Below, piece by piece: positions 18,624 through 27,526 of a stretch of DNA of 64,000 nt. Both the position numbers and the translations under genes were made by a program. The DNA is from Candidatus Omnitrophota bacterium. GTDB lineage: Bacteria > Omnitrophota > Omnitrophia > Omnitrophales > JACROU01. Below the pieces are notes generated by a model. The model saw only the letters and a program-made list of their open reading frames with translations, was not told the DNA's origin and made no database searches. The stretch covers positions 162,313 to 226,312 of the forward strand of contig JAJDCD010000008.1 of NCBI GenBank assembly GCA_029261035.1. The letters are read 5' to 3'. Position 1 is the first letter of the stretch, and each line of letters begins with the position of its first letter.

Positions 18624-19751
18624 CCCAACCCCACTCAAATAAACCCTCCCCTTCCAAGAAGCCCCCCTCTTAAAAACAAATATTCTAACAGAATTTAAAG
18701 CAATCACTAAAAACAGAATCATAGAAAATACATGAACAAAACAAGAAATAAGCCCTAACTTAAATCGAACCGCTAAAACAACCCTTATAAAAATAGCCAT
18801 CCCAACCATAATCACAGGAATAAAAATATCACCCCCCTTATAAACCCCTATCCCAATTTGAACATAAGGAAAAACAAAGAGAAAAAAACAAAGCATCATA
18901 AAAGCAAATATCCCTGGCAAGGAAAAATTAAATCCCGGAAATAAATTTTTAGAAAAACCTTCAAATATCCCTGAAAAATCTTGATACATACGACATTGAA
19001 CCAAAGCGAACCCATCTTTTATTAATAATTTCGACTTTATCTCTTTAACTCTCCTTGCCAACCAAACATCCTCAACCAGCTGATCTCGCACAGCTAAATG
19101 CCCTCCAATTTCTTCATAAACAGCCTTTTCAAACAACATAAACTGTCCATTCCCCATAGACAAGCTTGGAGTTTTTAATTGCGTCACAAGCCCAAAAGGA
19201 AGAAATAAAAATTCCATAAAGTGGAGCATCGGTAAACACAAACGTTCCCACAAACTCCCCATTTTTATTTGTGTAATCAAAGTCAAAAGGCCCCCACGCT
19301 CTTCTTTTAGAGTTCTTACAGAAGCCTTTAAACTCCTTGGATGATGCTCCGTATCTGCATCTGTGAACAAAAGCAACTCCCCATGAGCCTCTAGAGAAAG
19401 TTGGTGACACGCATAACATTTTCCTAACCACCCTTCAGGAAGATGATCCCCAGAGATTAATCTTAACTTCTCTACCCCAGCTCCGACCCTATTCACGACC
19501 TCATAGGTTCTGTCTTCAGACCGATCATCATAAACTAAGATTTCAAAATTTGGATAATCTTGATTTATCACACTATTAAGACAACGCTCTATATTCTCTT
19601 CTTCATTTCTTGCGGGGATAAGGATAGAAACAAATGGGTAAATTTCTAACTCTTGTTTTAAACCTATTCTTTTAAGCGCGAATAGATTCCAAAGAAAAAC
19701 AACAAAAAGACCCAATGAAATTGCTAATAATCCTAAATTAAAATAAATCAT
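18582..19751 (-). CDS. Family 2 glycosyltransferase, carotenoid glycosyltransferase (CruG/CrtQ-like)
   Basis: SILIPARNEE, DDRSED, GWLGK, LLFTDAD, NGQF, LVEDVWLAR, C-terminal WKGR. Confidence 0.88.
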   Translation of the reverse strand: MIYFNLGLLAISLGLFVVFLWNLFALKRIGLKQELEIYPFVSILIPARNEEENIERCLNSVINQDYPNFEILVYDDRSEDRTYEVVNRVGAGVEKLRLISGDHLPEGWLGKCYACHQLSLEAHGELLLFTDADTEHHPRSLKASVRTLKEERGGLLTLITQIKMGSLWERLCLPMLHFMEFLFLPFGLVTQLKTPSLSMGNGQFMLFEKAVYEEIGGHLAVRDQLVEDVWLARRVKEIKSKLLIKDGFALVQCRMYQDFSGIFEGFSKNLFPGFNFSLPGIFAFMMLCFFLFVFPYVQIGIGVYKGGDIFIPVIMVGMAIFIRVVLAVRFKLGLISCFVHVFSMILFLVIALNSVRIFVFKRGASWKGRVYLSGVGHKKDLPGAQTAQK

Positions 19752-19757
19752 TCAAGT

Positions 19758-20501
19758 TTACCTTACCGAGTTTTGAGTTTTAGTACGAAATAAATCTACT
19801 TGAGAACTAATGGACTCTCTTCCTTTTTGAATTGTTATAAAATCTGAAAACTCTTTCTGAATCACAGCATCTCTTAATAGATCTAATTGAAAAATTAGTT
19901 TTTGATTCAGCTCTACATTTAATTCTTTCATATCTAAAAGAGAAGAATCTTCAATATATTGAACGGGTCCAAATTCTGTAAAAATCTCAGGTCGTTGCTC
20001 TTGAATAAATTCATAACGATGTGTCACTGGAACCAACTGAACTTTTCTTAATTTTTTTATGATATGAGTTACACCAGAAAAAAACTGAATAGGCCTCGCA
20101 TCATTTGGAGACATAACTCCTTGAGGATATATCCAGAGTGCATTTCTCCTTCCTTTAAGTTCTTCTACAGCATATTGAATGGATTGCATTGCTTTTCTGC
20201 TATCACCGCGATCGACACTAAAAGCACCAATCCATCGAAAGAAAGCATATTTTCTTAGCTGTTTAATATCCATCATCAAGATCGTATCCAATTCAAACAA
20301 CTTGTACGTCATATAAAAACAAAGAAGTCCATCCCACCAATTACTATGATTAGCATAAAAAATAATTGGAATATTTTTATCTAAACCTTTTAAATGCTCT
20401 AAACCTCGAACACGATGCGCATAGAAAAGTTTTGCAAGCGTACGTTGTGTCCACCATAAAAAGAATTTTTCAACAATAGGTAATTTATTCGTTTTAATCA
20501 T
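19758..20501 (-). CDS. PlsC-like acyltransferase, probable carotenoid-glycoside acyltransferase
   Basis: NHSNWWD (HX4D) and IYPQG motifs; next to the carotenoid GT. Confidence 0.8.
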   Translation of the reverse strand: MIKTNKLPIVEKFFLWWTQRTLAKLFYAHRVRGLEHLKGLDKNIPIIFYANHSNWWDGLLCFYMTYKLFELDTILMMDIKQLRKYAFFRWIGAFSVDRGDSRKAMQSIQYAVEELKGRRNALWIYPQGVMSPNDARPIQFFSGVTHIIKKLRKVQLVPVTHRYEFIQEQRPEIFTEFGPVQYIEDSSLLDMKELNVELNQKLIFQLDLLRDAVIQKEFSDFITIQKGRESISSQVDLFRTKTQNSVR

Positions 20502-20508
20502 AAAACCC

Positions 20509-22014
20509 TCATGCGGATACTTTTAAGTCTTCTTGAACCAAATTTGAAACCATTTTAGCAGAAAGTAAGACGAGAGGAATACCTCCTCCAGGATGAGTAC
20601 TTCCCCCGACAAAATAAAGCCCTTCAACCTCTTCACATCGATTAGAAGGTCTATTAAACGCAGACCATGGACTGTTCGAGGAAAGCCCATATAAAGAACC
20701 TCTATAGGCCCCATAATTTTTTTCAAATTCTAACGGAGTCCATATTTTTTCGTAACAGATATTACTATTTAACCCGCTCAAACCGGCTATTTCTAATTGA
20801 TGAACAATCAAGTCTCTATACTTATACTTTTCTACGTCCCAATCAATCTTAGAACCTTCGCTTATGGAAGGAACGTTCACCAACACAAACAAATTACTAG
20901 TCCCATCAGGAGCTAATGTAGCATCACTTTTCTTAGAGATACTCACATAAATTGTCGGCTCCGGGGCAGGAATCTTTTGCTCAAAAAGAGCCTCAAACTC
21001 TTCCTTATAATCTTTAGAGAAGAAAATATTATGGTGCGACAAATTCGGATATTCTTTTTTTACTCCAAGTTGCAAAACAAATCCGGAAGTGGACATATCA
21101 TTGCTCTTCTCTAACTCTTTCAGGTTTTTATTTAATTGGGAAGAGGGAATTAATCTCTTATAAACTTGTAACGCATCTGTGTTTGCTATTATCTTCTCTG
21201 CTTCCAAAACCGATCCATCTACTAATTCAACCCCTCTAACGGCTCCTTCTTCTACTAAAATCTCTTTAACCACTTGTTCTTTCCGGATCTCTACACCAAG
21301 CTCCACTGCAAACTGTTCCAAAACCTCAACCAATTTGTACATTCCTCCTTTAGGATACCAACCGCCCATCGTATGTTCAATATAAGGGATGATGGAAAAA
21401 GTTGCCGGAGTTTTATAAGGTGAAGAGCCATTATAAGTCGCAAAACGATTAAATACCTGTTTAAGTCTCTCATCTTTAAATGTGCTAGAAACCATTTGGC
21501 TTAAAGTTCGAAATGGATCCAACTTCCAAAATTGAAGAAGTGATTTCCAATGAGTAAGAAAAAACTTTGGGCCCCAGCTTCCATTACTCTCAAATAAAAA
21601 TGGTTTTGAAGCAATAGAGTAAACCCGCTTCCCATGATTTAAAATTTTCTTAAAAGATTGCACCTCATCCGGGTTAAAAGCTTCCAGATAAGAATATGTT
21701 TTATCCATATTATTAGAAATATCCAGCTGACTGCCATCTGAAAAAAAATAACGACACAGTGGATCGACTGGCATCAGATCTAAATAGTCTTCTATTCGTT
21801 TTCCTAAATTTTCAAACAAATCTTCCAAGACAAAAGGCATCGTTAATAAAGTTGGCCCACAATCAAAGGTAAAACCACCCTCTTTGATTTGACTTAACTT
21901 CCCACCCAAATATCCGTTTTTTTCTAATAAAGTTACCTTATAGCCTGCGTGAGATAAATAAAGGCTACTAACAAGCCCTCCCAACCCACCACCAACAATA
22001 AGCACTTTATTCAT
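20509..22014 (-). CDS. crtD: CrtI-family desaturase, probable 1-hydroxycarotenoid 3,4-desaturase
   Basis: GGGLGG FAD motif, FDCGPTLLTMP, FNRFATYNGSSPY, GGSTHPGGGIP; second CrtI paralog in a cluster with cruF and crtA. Confidence 0.7.
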   Translation of the reverse strand: MNKVLIVGGGLGGLVSSLYLSHAGYKVTLLEKNGYLGGKLSQIKEGGFTFDCGPTLLTMPFVLEDLFENLGKRIEDYLDLMPVDPLCRYFFSDGSQLDISNNMDKTYSYLEAFNPDEVQSFKKILNHGKRVYSIASKPFLFESNGSWGPKFFLTHWKSLLQFWKLDPFRTLSQMVSSTFKDERLKQVFNRFATYNGSSPYKTPATFSIIPYIEHTMGGWYPKGGMYKLVEVLEQFAVELGVEIRKEQVVKEILVEEGAVRGVELVDGSVLEAEKIIANTDALQVYKRLIPSSQLNKNLKELEKSNDMSTSGFVLQLGVKKEYPNLSHHNIFFSKDYKEEFEALFEQKIPAPEPTIYVSISKKSDATLAPDGTSNLFVLVNVPSISEGSKIDWDVEKYKYRDLIVHQLEIAGLSGLNSNICYEKIWTPLEFEKNYGAYRGSLYGLSSNSPWSAFNRPSNRCEEVEGLYFVGGSTHPGGGIPLVLLSAKMVSNLVQEDLKVSA

Positions 22015-22522
22015 GAGATGAGTTTTTTAAGGTTAGTTGATGATAACGTTTTTTTAATGCAGAAGGAACAATCGGAAACAACAATCCATAAGGTTCTCCA
22101 CCAAATAAATGATGAATACGATGAGAATGATAATGCCAAGAGAAAATATTTTTCTTTATACGAAAAAATGGGATTCTTCCATGAACCACAATATCATGAA
22201 TTAAAAAGTAAAGAAGCCCATATGCTGTAATACCAAAACCGAAAGAAATTAAATATTTCAAACTCGGAACAAAAATACCTAAAGCAATAACAGACATAGT
22301 TATTAAAGCTGAAATTCCTGGATAAAAATCATTCAGCTCCCACCCATTGCTCTTAGGAGCAAAATTATGAATCAGCTTTTTCTGGCCTTCTCTTCGATTA
22401 TGACTCGAATGATGACTGCGATGTAAAGGAACGCCAAATCCATGGAAGATGTAGCGATGAGACAAATAGGTGATAGGCTCCATAACAACTAAACCTAAAA
22501 AGAACAAATAGACCTCAACCAT
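22007..22522 (-). CDS. crtZ: Beta-carotene hydroxylase
   Basis: His boxes HRYIFH, HRSHH, HDIVVH, HRIHH; WELND. Confidence 0.88.
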   Translation of the reverse strand: MVEVYLFFLGLVVMEPITYLSHRYIFHGFGVPLHRSHHSSHNRREGQKKLIHNFAPKSNGWELNDFYPGISALITMSVIALGIFVPSLKYLISFGFGITAYGLLYFLIHDIVVHGRIPFFRIKKNIFSWHYHSHRIHHLFGGEPYGLLFPIVPSALKKRYHQLTLKNSSHE

Positions 22523-23404
22523 TTAAGATCTCCTATTCATTAGATACTGAACAAATCCTTTTAGATTATCCTTAGCTTCAGAAGACTGAATCTGTTGCAA
22601 ACACTGAATTGCTTCTGACAAGTATTCCTTAACCTTTTTCTCAGCAACATCAATCTTAGCCATTTCTCCATTAACTCCCAAAGTCCCTACCCAGGTCGTT
22701 TTGTTGTTTTTCTCATCCAAACTAGTATCTTTACCTGTTTCTTGACTACAACCCACCAAATCAAGCAAATCATCTTGGATCTGAAAAGCAAAACCTAAGG
22801 ACCGTCCGAAAGAACCAAACAAGTCGACATCTTCCTCAGGAGATCCTCCTATAATTGCTCCTGATTTTGCTGCAAAATAAATAAGGGAGGCCGTTTTCTT
22901 TTCAATAACTTCAAGAAGTGCTTCTGGGGTTAAAACTTTACTGTCGTTGACCCACTCTTCCAAAGCCTGGCCTTCACAAAGCTCTTTATACGTCTGATTC
23001 ATTAAATGCAGCACCGAAACATTATACGGCTCCTTCAGTCGAAACATTTCTTCATAAGCTAAAGAAACCAAGAAGTCTCCGCACAAAAGCCCCATCTTAT
23101 CTCCATAAGCAGCATGCACTGTAGGCTGCCCTCTTCTCATCGAAGCAGAGTCCATCATATCATCATGAATCAGTGAAGCCGTATGCAGCAACTCTATTGC
23201 TACTGCCGCAGGAAGAGCTTCTGAAACATCGCCTCCTACAGCTTCAGAAGAAAGAAGGGTAATAATAGGACGAACACGTTTCCCTTGCTTTAACAAACTC
23301 TCCAAAGGTTCTTTCATTGGACTGGATCCTAATGATTCCGTAATAACATTCAGTCGAGTCTGAACTAATTCTCTATAACTATCTAAAATGTCTGGGCAAT
23401 TCAT
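22523..23404 (-). CDS. crtE: Geranylgeranyl diphosphate synthase
   Basis: GKRVRP, LIHDDMMD...RRG, GQ, KTA, FQIQDDLLD. Confidence 0.9.
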   Translation of the reverse strand: MNCPDILDSYRELVQTRLNVITESLGSSPMKEPLESLLKQGKRVRPIITLLSSEAVGGDVSEALPAAVAIELLHTASLIHDDMMDSASMRRGQPTVHAAYGDKMGLLCGDFLVSLAYEEMFRLKEPYNVSVLHLMNQTYKELCEGQALEEWVNDSKVLTPEALLEVIEKKTASLIYFAAKSGAIIGGSPEEDVDLFGSFGRSLGFAFQIQDDLLDLVGCSQETGKDTSLDEKNNKTTWVGTLGVNGEMAKIDVAEKKVKEYLSEAIQCLQQIQSSEAKDNLKGFVQYLMNRRS

Positions 23405-23430
23405 ATCTATGGATTACACTCCTATAAACT

Positions 23431-24312
23431 TTATGCTCTTTTGCTTTTAAAACAGAGTTGAACTAATAATAATACTTTTTTCCAAAAAGAGACATAAACT
23501 CTTCCGGACAACACATCATAGTTTTTCGCCTCAATCTCATCTAAAATCTTTTCATACAAACCACTCATAACACGAACACAAAAACGTGAGCTGACTCCAT
23601 TCAACATTCCAATCCCTTTATCTGCTTCTCTATAAAACTGCCGTGCTCTTTGAATTTGAAATTTTCCAAAAGGAATAAATTTACTCGATACATGTTTATG
23701 AGCAAACTCAGAAGCATCAACTCCGTAAGAACTCAATTCTTCTTGAGGTAAGTAGATACGTCCCATATCATAGTCTTCTTTTACGTCCCTTAAAATATTA
23801 GTTAACTGCATTGCTTTACCCAGTGAAATTGCATACGGATAAGCCTCTTTAGACGAAACTCCAAAAACATGACTCATAATCAATCCTACAACAGAGGCAA
23901 CTCTATAACAATACAAATCAAGCTCTTCCCACGTATTATACCGATGCTGGGTCAAATCCATCTCAACACCCTTAATCAAATCAACCCAGTATTCCTTTGG
24001 TATTTTATGAGAAATTACAACTTCTTGAAAAAGACGAAAGGGAGATTGCTTCTCAAGAATATCAGAATATACAGAATCCAATATTGCATACAAAGCTGCT
24101 GCATATTTTTTCTTTTCTTCTAAGCTCGCTGTCTCTTCATCTAAAAGATCATCCGCATAACGACAAAAACTGTAAATCACATAAGCGGCCTTCCTCTTCT
24201 TAGACGACAGCATAAAGGATGCGAAATAAAAGGTTTTCGCGTGATGCCTCGTATATTTCGCAGAAGCTTTCATTAAATCCATCTCAGGATAATCCGAAAG
24301 AAAAGGCTTCAT
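23431..24312 (-). CDS. crtB: Phytoene synthase
   Basis: TFYFAS, YSFCRYADD, YCYRVASVVG, QLTNILRDVKED..GRIYLP. Confidence 0.95.
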   Translation of the reverse strand: MKPFLSDYPEMDLMKASAKYTRHHAKTFYFASFMLSSKKRKAAYVIYSFCRYADDLLDEETASLEEKKKYAAALYAILDSVYSDILEKQSPFRLFQEVVISHKIPKEYWVDLIKGVEMDLTQHRYNTWEELDLYCYRVASVVGLIMSHVFGVSSKEAYPYAISLGKAMQLTNILRDVKEDYDMGRIYLPQEELSSYGVDASEFAHKHVSSKFIPFGKFQIQRARQFYREADKGIGMLNGVSSRFCVRVMSGLYEKILDEIEAKNYDVLSGRVYVSFWKKVLLLVQLCFKSKRA

Positions 24313-25799
24313 AAATTAAAATCTTCCACGATACACTTATCCGTCGCCTCAGATGACAACAAGACGCCAGGCACGCCACCTCCAGGATGAGTACCCGCCC
24401 CAACAAAATAGAGACGCTCGATATCTTCACTGCGATTATGAGGTCTAAAATAAGCGCTTTGCATCAATCGGGGTTCAATAGCAAAAGCATTCCCTAAATG
24501 AGAGTTCAGTTTATTCTTAAAATCATCCGGTGTAAATACTTCCATCACCTCTATATTATCCTTCAGACCTTCCATCCCCATCTTTTCTTCTAAACGATCC
24601 AAAACTTTATTTGTAAAAGGCTCTATTTCTTTTTTCCAATCAATTCCACTTTTTAGATTAGGAACCGGAATCAACACATACAAACTTTCGCAACCCTTAG
24701 GAGCCATATTAGAATCACTTTTTGTTGGGGCATGTAAGTACATAGAAAACTCCTCAGGAATAATCTGCCGATCAAAAATATCTTTAACTAATTCTTTATA
24801 TTCTGAACCCAAAACAATCGTATGATGTTTCAGCTGAGGAAATTGTTTCTTAACACCCAAATAGAGCAAAACACAGCTCATGGTCATGTGAATTTTATCA
24901 ATTCGTTTATCTGTCCACTTTTTTCTCCATTTAGAATCAATCAGATTCTTGTATACAATAGGAATATCAGCATTACACACAACACAATCCGCCTTTAAAA
25001 CTTCGTTTTCTAGCTCAATTCCTCGAGCAACTCCATCTTCAACGACAATTTTCTTTACTTCCGTATGAGTCCTTACCGTCCCCCCTATTTCTTTAAAAAC
25101 AGATTCCATCGCTTTTACTAAACTATACATTCCCCCTTTCGCAAACCACACTCCTCCTACTTTTTCAAGATAAGGAATCATCACATAGACGCTAGGAGCC
25201 TTCCAAGGAGAACCTCCAATAAATAGCGGATGAAATGAAAACATAAACCGATGGAACTCATGTTTGAAATACTGAGCTGTAAAGGAATAAACAGGTAGGA
25301 AAGCTTTCAACTTGATTGCCTGTGGAGCAAACTTAAGCATAGAACCCCAACTCATAAAAGGCTGCGCTCCTAAACCATCCGTAATAATGGCATCATACAC
25401 CCCTTTAATATCCTTAAAAAAAGCATCGTAACGATCTGCGTCTCTTTGACTATAACAAGCCATTTGGGATTTAATATTTTCAGCATTCCCATTGTAATCA
25501 ATGTACTTACCATCACTAAAGTAGATTCTGTAATAAGGATCTAAGGACTCTAACTCAACATAATCTGAGAGTTTTTTTCCAGCCAAAGAAAAAAGCCGTT
25601 CTATAATAAAAGGAGCTGTAATTAAAGAAGGCCCCATATCAAAGGTGTAGCCTTCTTTCTTAAGTTGATAAGCCCGACCTCCAACCTGCTCTCTCTTTTC
25701 AACCAAAGTAACATCAAAACCTTTAGCTTGAAGACGAATCGCAGAAGACAGCCCTCCAAACCCCGCACCAATAACAATCGCTTTTTTTCTTTGTTCCAC
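24309..25799 (-). CDS. crtI: Phytoene desaturase
   Basis: GAGFGG, FDMGPSLIT, SFHPLFIGG, QSAYFRPHNRS, GAGTHPGGGVPG. Confidence 0.93.
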   Translation of the reverse strand: MEQRKKAIVIGAGFGGLSSAIRLQAKGFDVTLVEKREQVGGRAYQLKKEGYTFDMGPSLITAPFIIERLFSLAGKKLSDYVELESLDPYYRIYFSDGKYIDYNGNAENIKSQMACYSQRDADRYDAFFKDIKGVYDAIITDGLGAQPFMSWGSMLKFAPQAIKLKAFLPVYSFTAQYFKHEFHRFMFSFHPLFIGGSPWKAPSVYVMIPYLEKVGGVWFAKGGMYSLVKAMESVFKEIGGTVRTHTEVKKIVVEDGVARGIELENEVLKADCVVCNADIPIVYKNLIDSKWRKKWTDKRIDKIHMTMSCVLLYLGVKKQFPQLKHHTIVLGSEYKELVKDIFDRQIIPEEFSMYLHAPTKSDSNMAPKGCESLYVLIPVPNLKSGIDWKKEIEPFTNKVLDRLEEKMGMEGLKDNIEVMEVFTPDDFKNKLNSHLGNAFAIEPRLMQSAYFRPHNRSEDIERLYFVGAGTHPGGGVPGVLLSSEATDKCIVEDFNL

Positions 25800-25959
25800 C
25801 AGAGACTCCTAATTGATTTAGAAAAACAGAAGAAATATCATATTTCTTACGAAAAAGAATTACAAGCAGATTCCTCACCTGAAAAATGGCAGCTCAGCCT
25901 CTTTATCCATGCTGAATAATTAGCTATTTATAGGAAAGAAGAAAAATAGGGATGTAGAC

Positions 25960-26607
25960 TTAAATTTTAATGTTAAAAACCTTACCTGAGGACTTTTCTC
26001 TGAGCTGAATACCTTTAGAATTAACTCCCACCAAGACGAATCCATCTAGCTCTTCACCCATCTCTAATATCTCATCACCAATCATTGCTGCCTCATTTCC
26101 AGCTTCATCAATAATTCCAGTAACTTTAAATTTACTCTCAACTCTACGACTTGCGCTGGCTTCTTGAGGTAAAACAACAGGTTTTTTCTCAACAGGAGTT
26201 ATCACAACGGGTCTAGGGCTAACAGGAACAACCGCAGACTTACTCCCTGTTTCTATTTTAGGGCCTGTAACCACAGAAATATATGACTCCTTATACTTTT
26301 CCTTCAAGATAGGTTGAACATAATATTGAAAAATAAAAAAACAAAGCCCCACTAATGCAATCAGCAACCCTCCAAAAAGAATATAAGAAAATTTTGATGC
26401 TTTTTTATTACTGTCAAACTCTCCAATAGGCTCGACCAGAACAGGCTCAGCATGAAAATCCTGCTCTTCGGATAAACTAGCAGTATCTTCCGAGTTATCC
26501 CCTGAAAGGTTATTGCTAGGAACTCTAGATAACACAGATTGATCCTGAGATCCTTTACCTTTTTTTTCAAGTTCTGCTTTTTTAAGAGCTTCTGTAATAA
26601 TGCTCAA
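25960..26607 (-). CDS. ExeB/GspB-like bitopic membrane protein
   Basis: MSIITEALKKAE N-terminus (GspB hallmark), one TM, Pro-rich linker, C-terminal beta domain; follows exeA. Confidence 0.7.
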   Translation of the reverse strand: MSIITEALKKAELEKKGKGSQDQSVLSRVPSNNLSGDNSEDTASLSEEQDFHAEPVLVEPIGEFDSNKKASKFSYILFGGLLIALVGLCFFIFQYYVQPILKEKYKESYISVVTGPKIETGSKSAVVPVSPRPVVITPVEKKPVVLPQEASASRRVESKFKVTGIIDEAGNEAAMIGDEILEMGEELDGFVLVGVNSKGIQLREKSSGKVFNIKI

Positions 26608-26619
26608 AACAAATCCTCT

Positions 26620-27507
26620 TTAATAAGTTAAAATTGCTTCTTTTTCTTTCAACTCTTTTTCTTTATTTTTTTGATTAAGTTCTGAAGCTTCAGTATCGGG
26701 AGACTTACCTTCTATTTCATCTCTGGCATGTTCAACAAGTTCTCTTCCAATAACTTTTTTATCTCTAACAAAAGCTGCCAACAATGCTTTATCACAAAGA
26801 ACATTAACAAGACGGGGAACCCCTTTTGAATAAGTAAAAATGACCTCTAACGCTTCTGCGTCAAAAGGACAATCTTTTTCAAACCCTGTGACACTTAATC
26901 GATAATCAATGTATTTAACCAGTTCTTCTCTATCTAAAGCTTTTAAATGATATCGAATACTGATTCTTTGTCGCAATTGAGTCAAAGCCGGATTTTTTAA
27001 GTGATCTCTTAGCTCCGGTTGCCCCACCAATATAATTTGCAGCAGCTTCTCTCTCTCAGTTTCTAAATTAGAAAGCAAGCGTATCTGCTCTAAAGCTCTA
27101 GGCTTCAAGTTCTGAGCTTCATCAATAATCAAAACAGCATTCCCCCCATTTCTCAGTTCTTCTAAAAGAAATGCATTCAAAGCATCGAAACACCCTTTTT
27201 TTGTTTTATTCTTAGGTTGGATTCCAAAATCTTCCACAATAGCTTGTAAAAGCTGTGAATCCGATAAGTCTGAGTTAAACACAAAAGAAGTTTTTACTTT
27301 TCCCTTAAGATCATTAATAAGAGCTCGACACAAAGTCGTCTTACCCGCACCAATCTCTCCTGTAATTTCTAAAAAACCTTTTTTCTGGTCGATTCCATAC
27401 AAAAGAGATGCAAAAGCTTCTAAATGTTTTTTTGAAAAATAAATAAATCGAGGATCAGGAGTCATGTTAAAAGGATTTTCTTTGAAGCCAAAGAAATCAT
27501 TATACAT
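26620..27507 (-). CDS. exeA: ExeA/GspA-family AAA ATPase
   Basis: MY..FFGFKENPF.MTPDP, GEIGAGKT, IIDEAQNL, LVGQPEL, GVPRLVNVLCD. Confidence 0.9.
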   Translation of the reverse strand: MYNDFFGFKENPFNMTPDPRFIYFSKKHLEAFASLLYGIDQKKGFLEITGEIGAGKTTLCRALINDLKGKVKTSFVFNSDLSDSQLLQAIVEDFGIQPKNKTKKGCFDALNAFLLEELRNGGNAVLIIDEAQNLKPRALEQIRLLSNLETEREKLLQIILVGQPELRDHLKNPALTQLRQRISIRYHLKALDREELVKYIDYRLSVTGFEKDCPFDAEALEVIFTYSKGVPRLVNVLCDKALLAAFVRDKKVIGRELVEHARDEIEGKSPDTEASELNQKNKEKELKEKEAILTY

Positions 27508-27526
27508 TGTAATTCTCCTTATATTA

